NCBI GenBank assembly: GCA_964528935.1
Contig: CAZGUB010000001.1
Span: 1 to 45,504, forward strand
Direction of reading: 5' to 3'
DNA length: 45,504 bases
From: an uncultured Flavobacteriaceae bacterium
GTDB lineage: Bacteria > Bacteroidota > Bacteroidia > Flavobacteriales > Flavobacteriaceae
Below, piece after piece: positions 45,418 through 45,504 of this stretch (position 1 is its first letter; the number at the start of each line of letters is the position of its first letter). Made by a program: the position numbers and the translations under genes. The notes below the pieces were generated by a model. It searched no databases and was not told the origin of the DNA. It saw only the letters and a program-made list of their open reading frames with translations.

Positions 45418-45504
45418 TTAGACGGCAAACAATGCGGCAAAACCACTTCCTTCGACAAGGGCGGCTGCGATAAGCATGACCGATTGGATTTTTCCGGTAG
45501 CATC
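45418..45504 (-). CDS. atpE: F0 ATP synthase subunit c, C-terminal 28 codons plus stop (5' end outside the window)
   Basis: Hand translation gives ...DATGKIQSVMLIAAALVEGSGFAALFAV followed by TAA at 45418-45420. It lies upstream of atpF. It is not in the ORF track because it runs off the right edge. Confidence 0.85.
   Translation of the reverse strand, partial: DATGKIQSVMLIAAALVEGSGFAALFAV

Noticed and set aside
41878-45504. An atp operon lacking the beta and epsilon subunits (atpD/atpC) after atpG, considered as a possible deletion.
   Set aside because: As far as I recall, a split arrangement with atpDC at a separate locus is the normal organisation in Bacteroidota, so this is not an anomaly.

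Overview
The gene content (gldH, an HU/SPOR fusion, a DUF4292-like lipoprotein, an atpEFHAG operon without atpDC) indicates a Bacteroidota-type chromosome, and the window splits into two compositionally different parts. (1) Positions 1-20.7 kb are an AT-rich block with three co-directional minus-strand genes. The first is a single uninterrupted ORF of at least 5,840 codons (1..17521). It is absent from the supplied ORF track because it has no stop codon inside the window. It encodes a secreted giant repeat protein of about 30 DUF11/TIGR01451-like units joined by acidic Ca-binding-type linkers. Jelly-roll, C-type-lectin-like and cupredoxin-like modules are inserted into a loop of individual units. 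Upstream of it lie a TPR/transmembrane/LuxR-HTH regulator and an LpxR-like outer-membrane protein. (2) Positions 20.7-45.5 kb have higher G+C and carry ordinary housekeeping genes: crotonase, queD, PBP1A, gldH, PSP1, trhO, recA, pabBC, plsC, trpS, the dut/nucleotidyltransferase/DUF4292/EnvC-like cluster and atpEFHAG. Interspersed are a sulfatase, a sialidase plus an HGSNAT-like membrane acyltransferase, a multiply disrupted dprA pseudogene, and a small secreted-protein gene with an in-frame TAA. I found no rRNA, tRNA, CRISPR array, transposase, integrase or recognisable defence system. The most unusual content is the giant nested-domain adhesin on the low-GC block. The ORF track counts TTG/GTG starts as M and over-extends several N-termini, so I give corrected starts where a signal peptide or a conserved N-terminus supports them.
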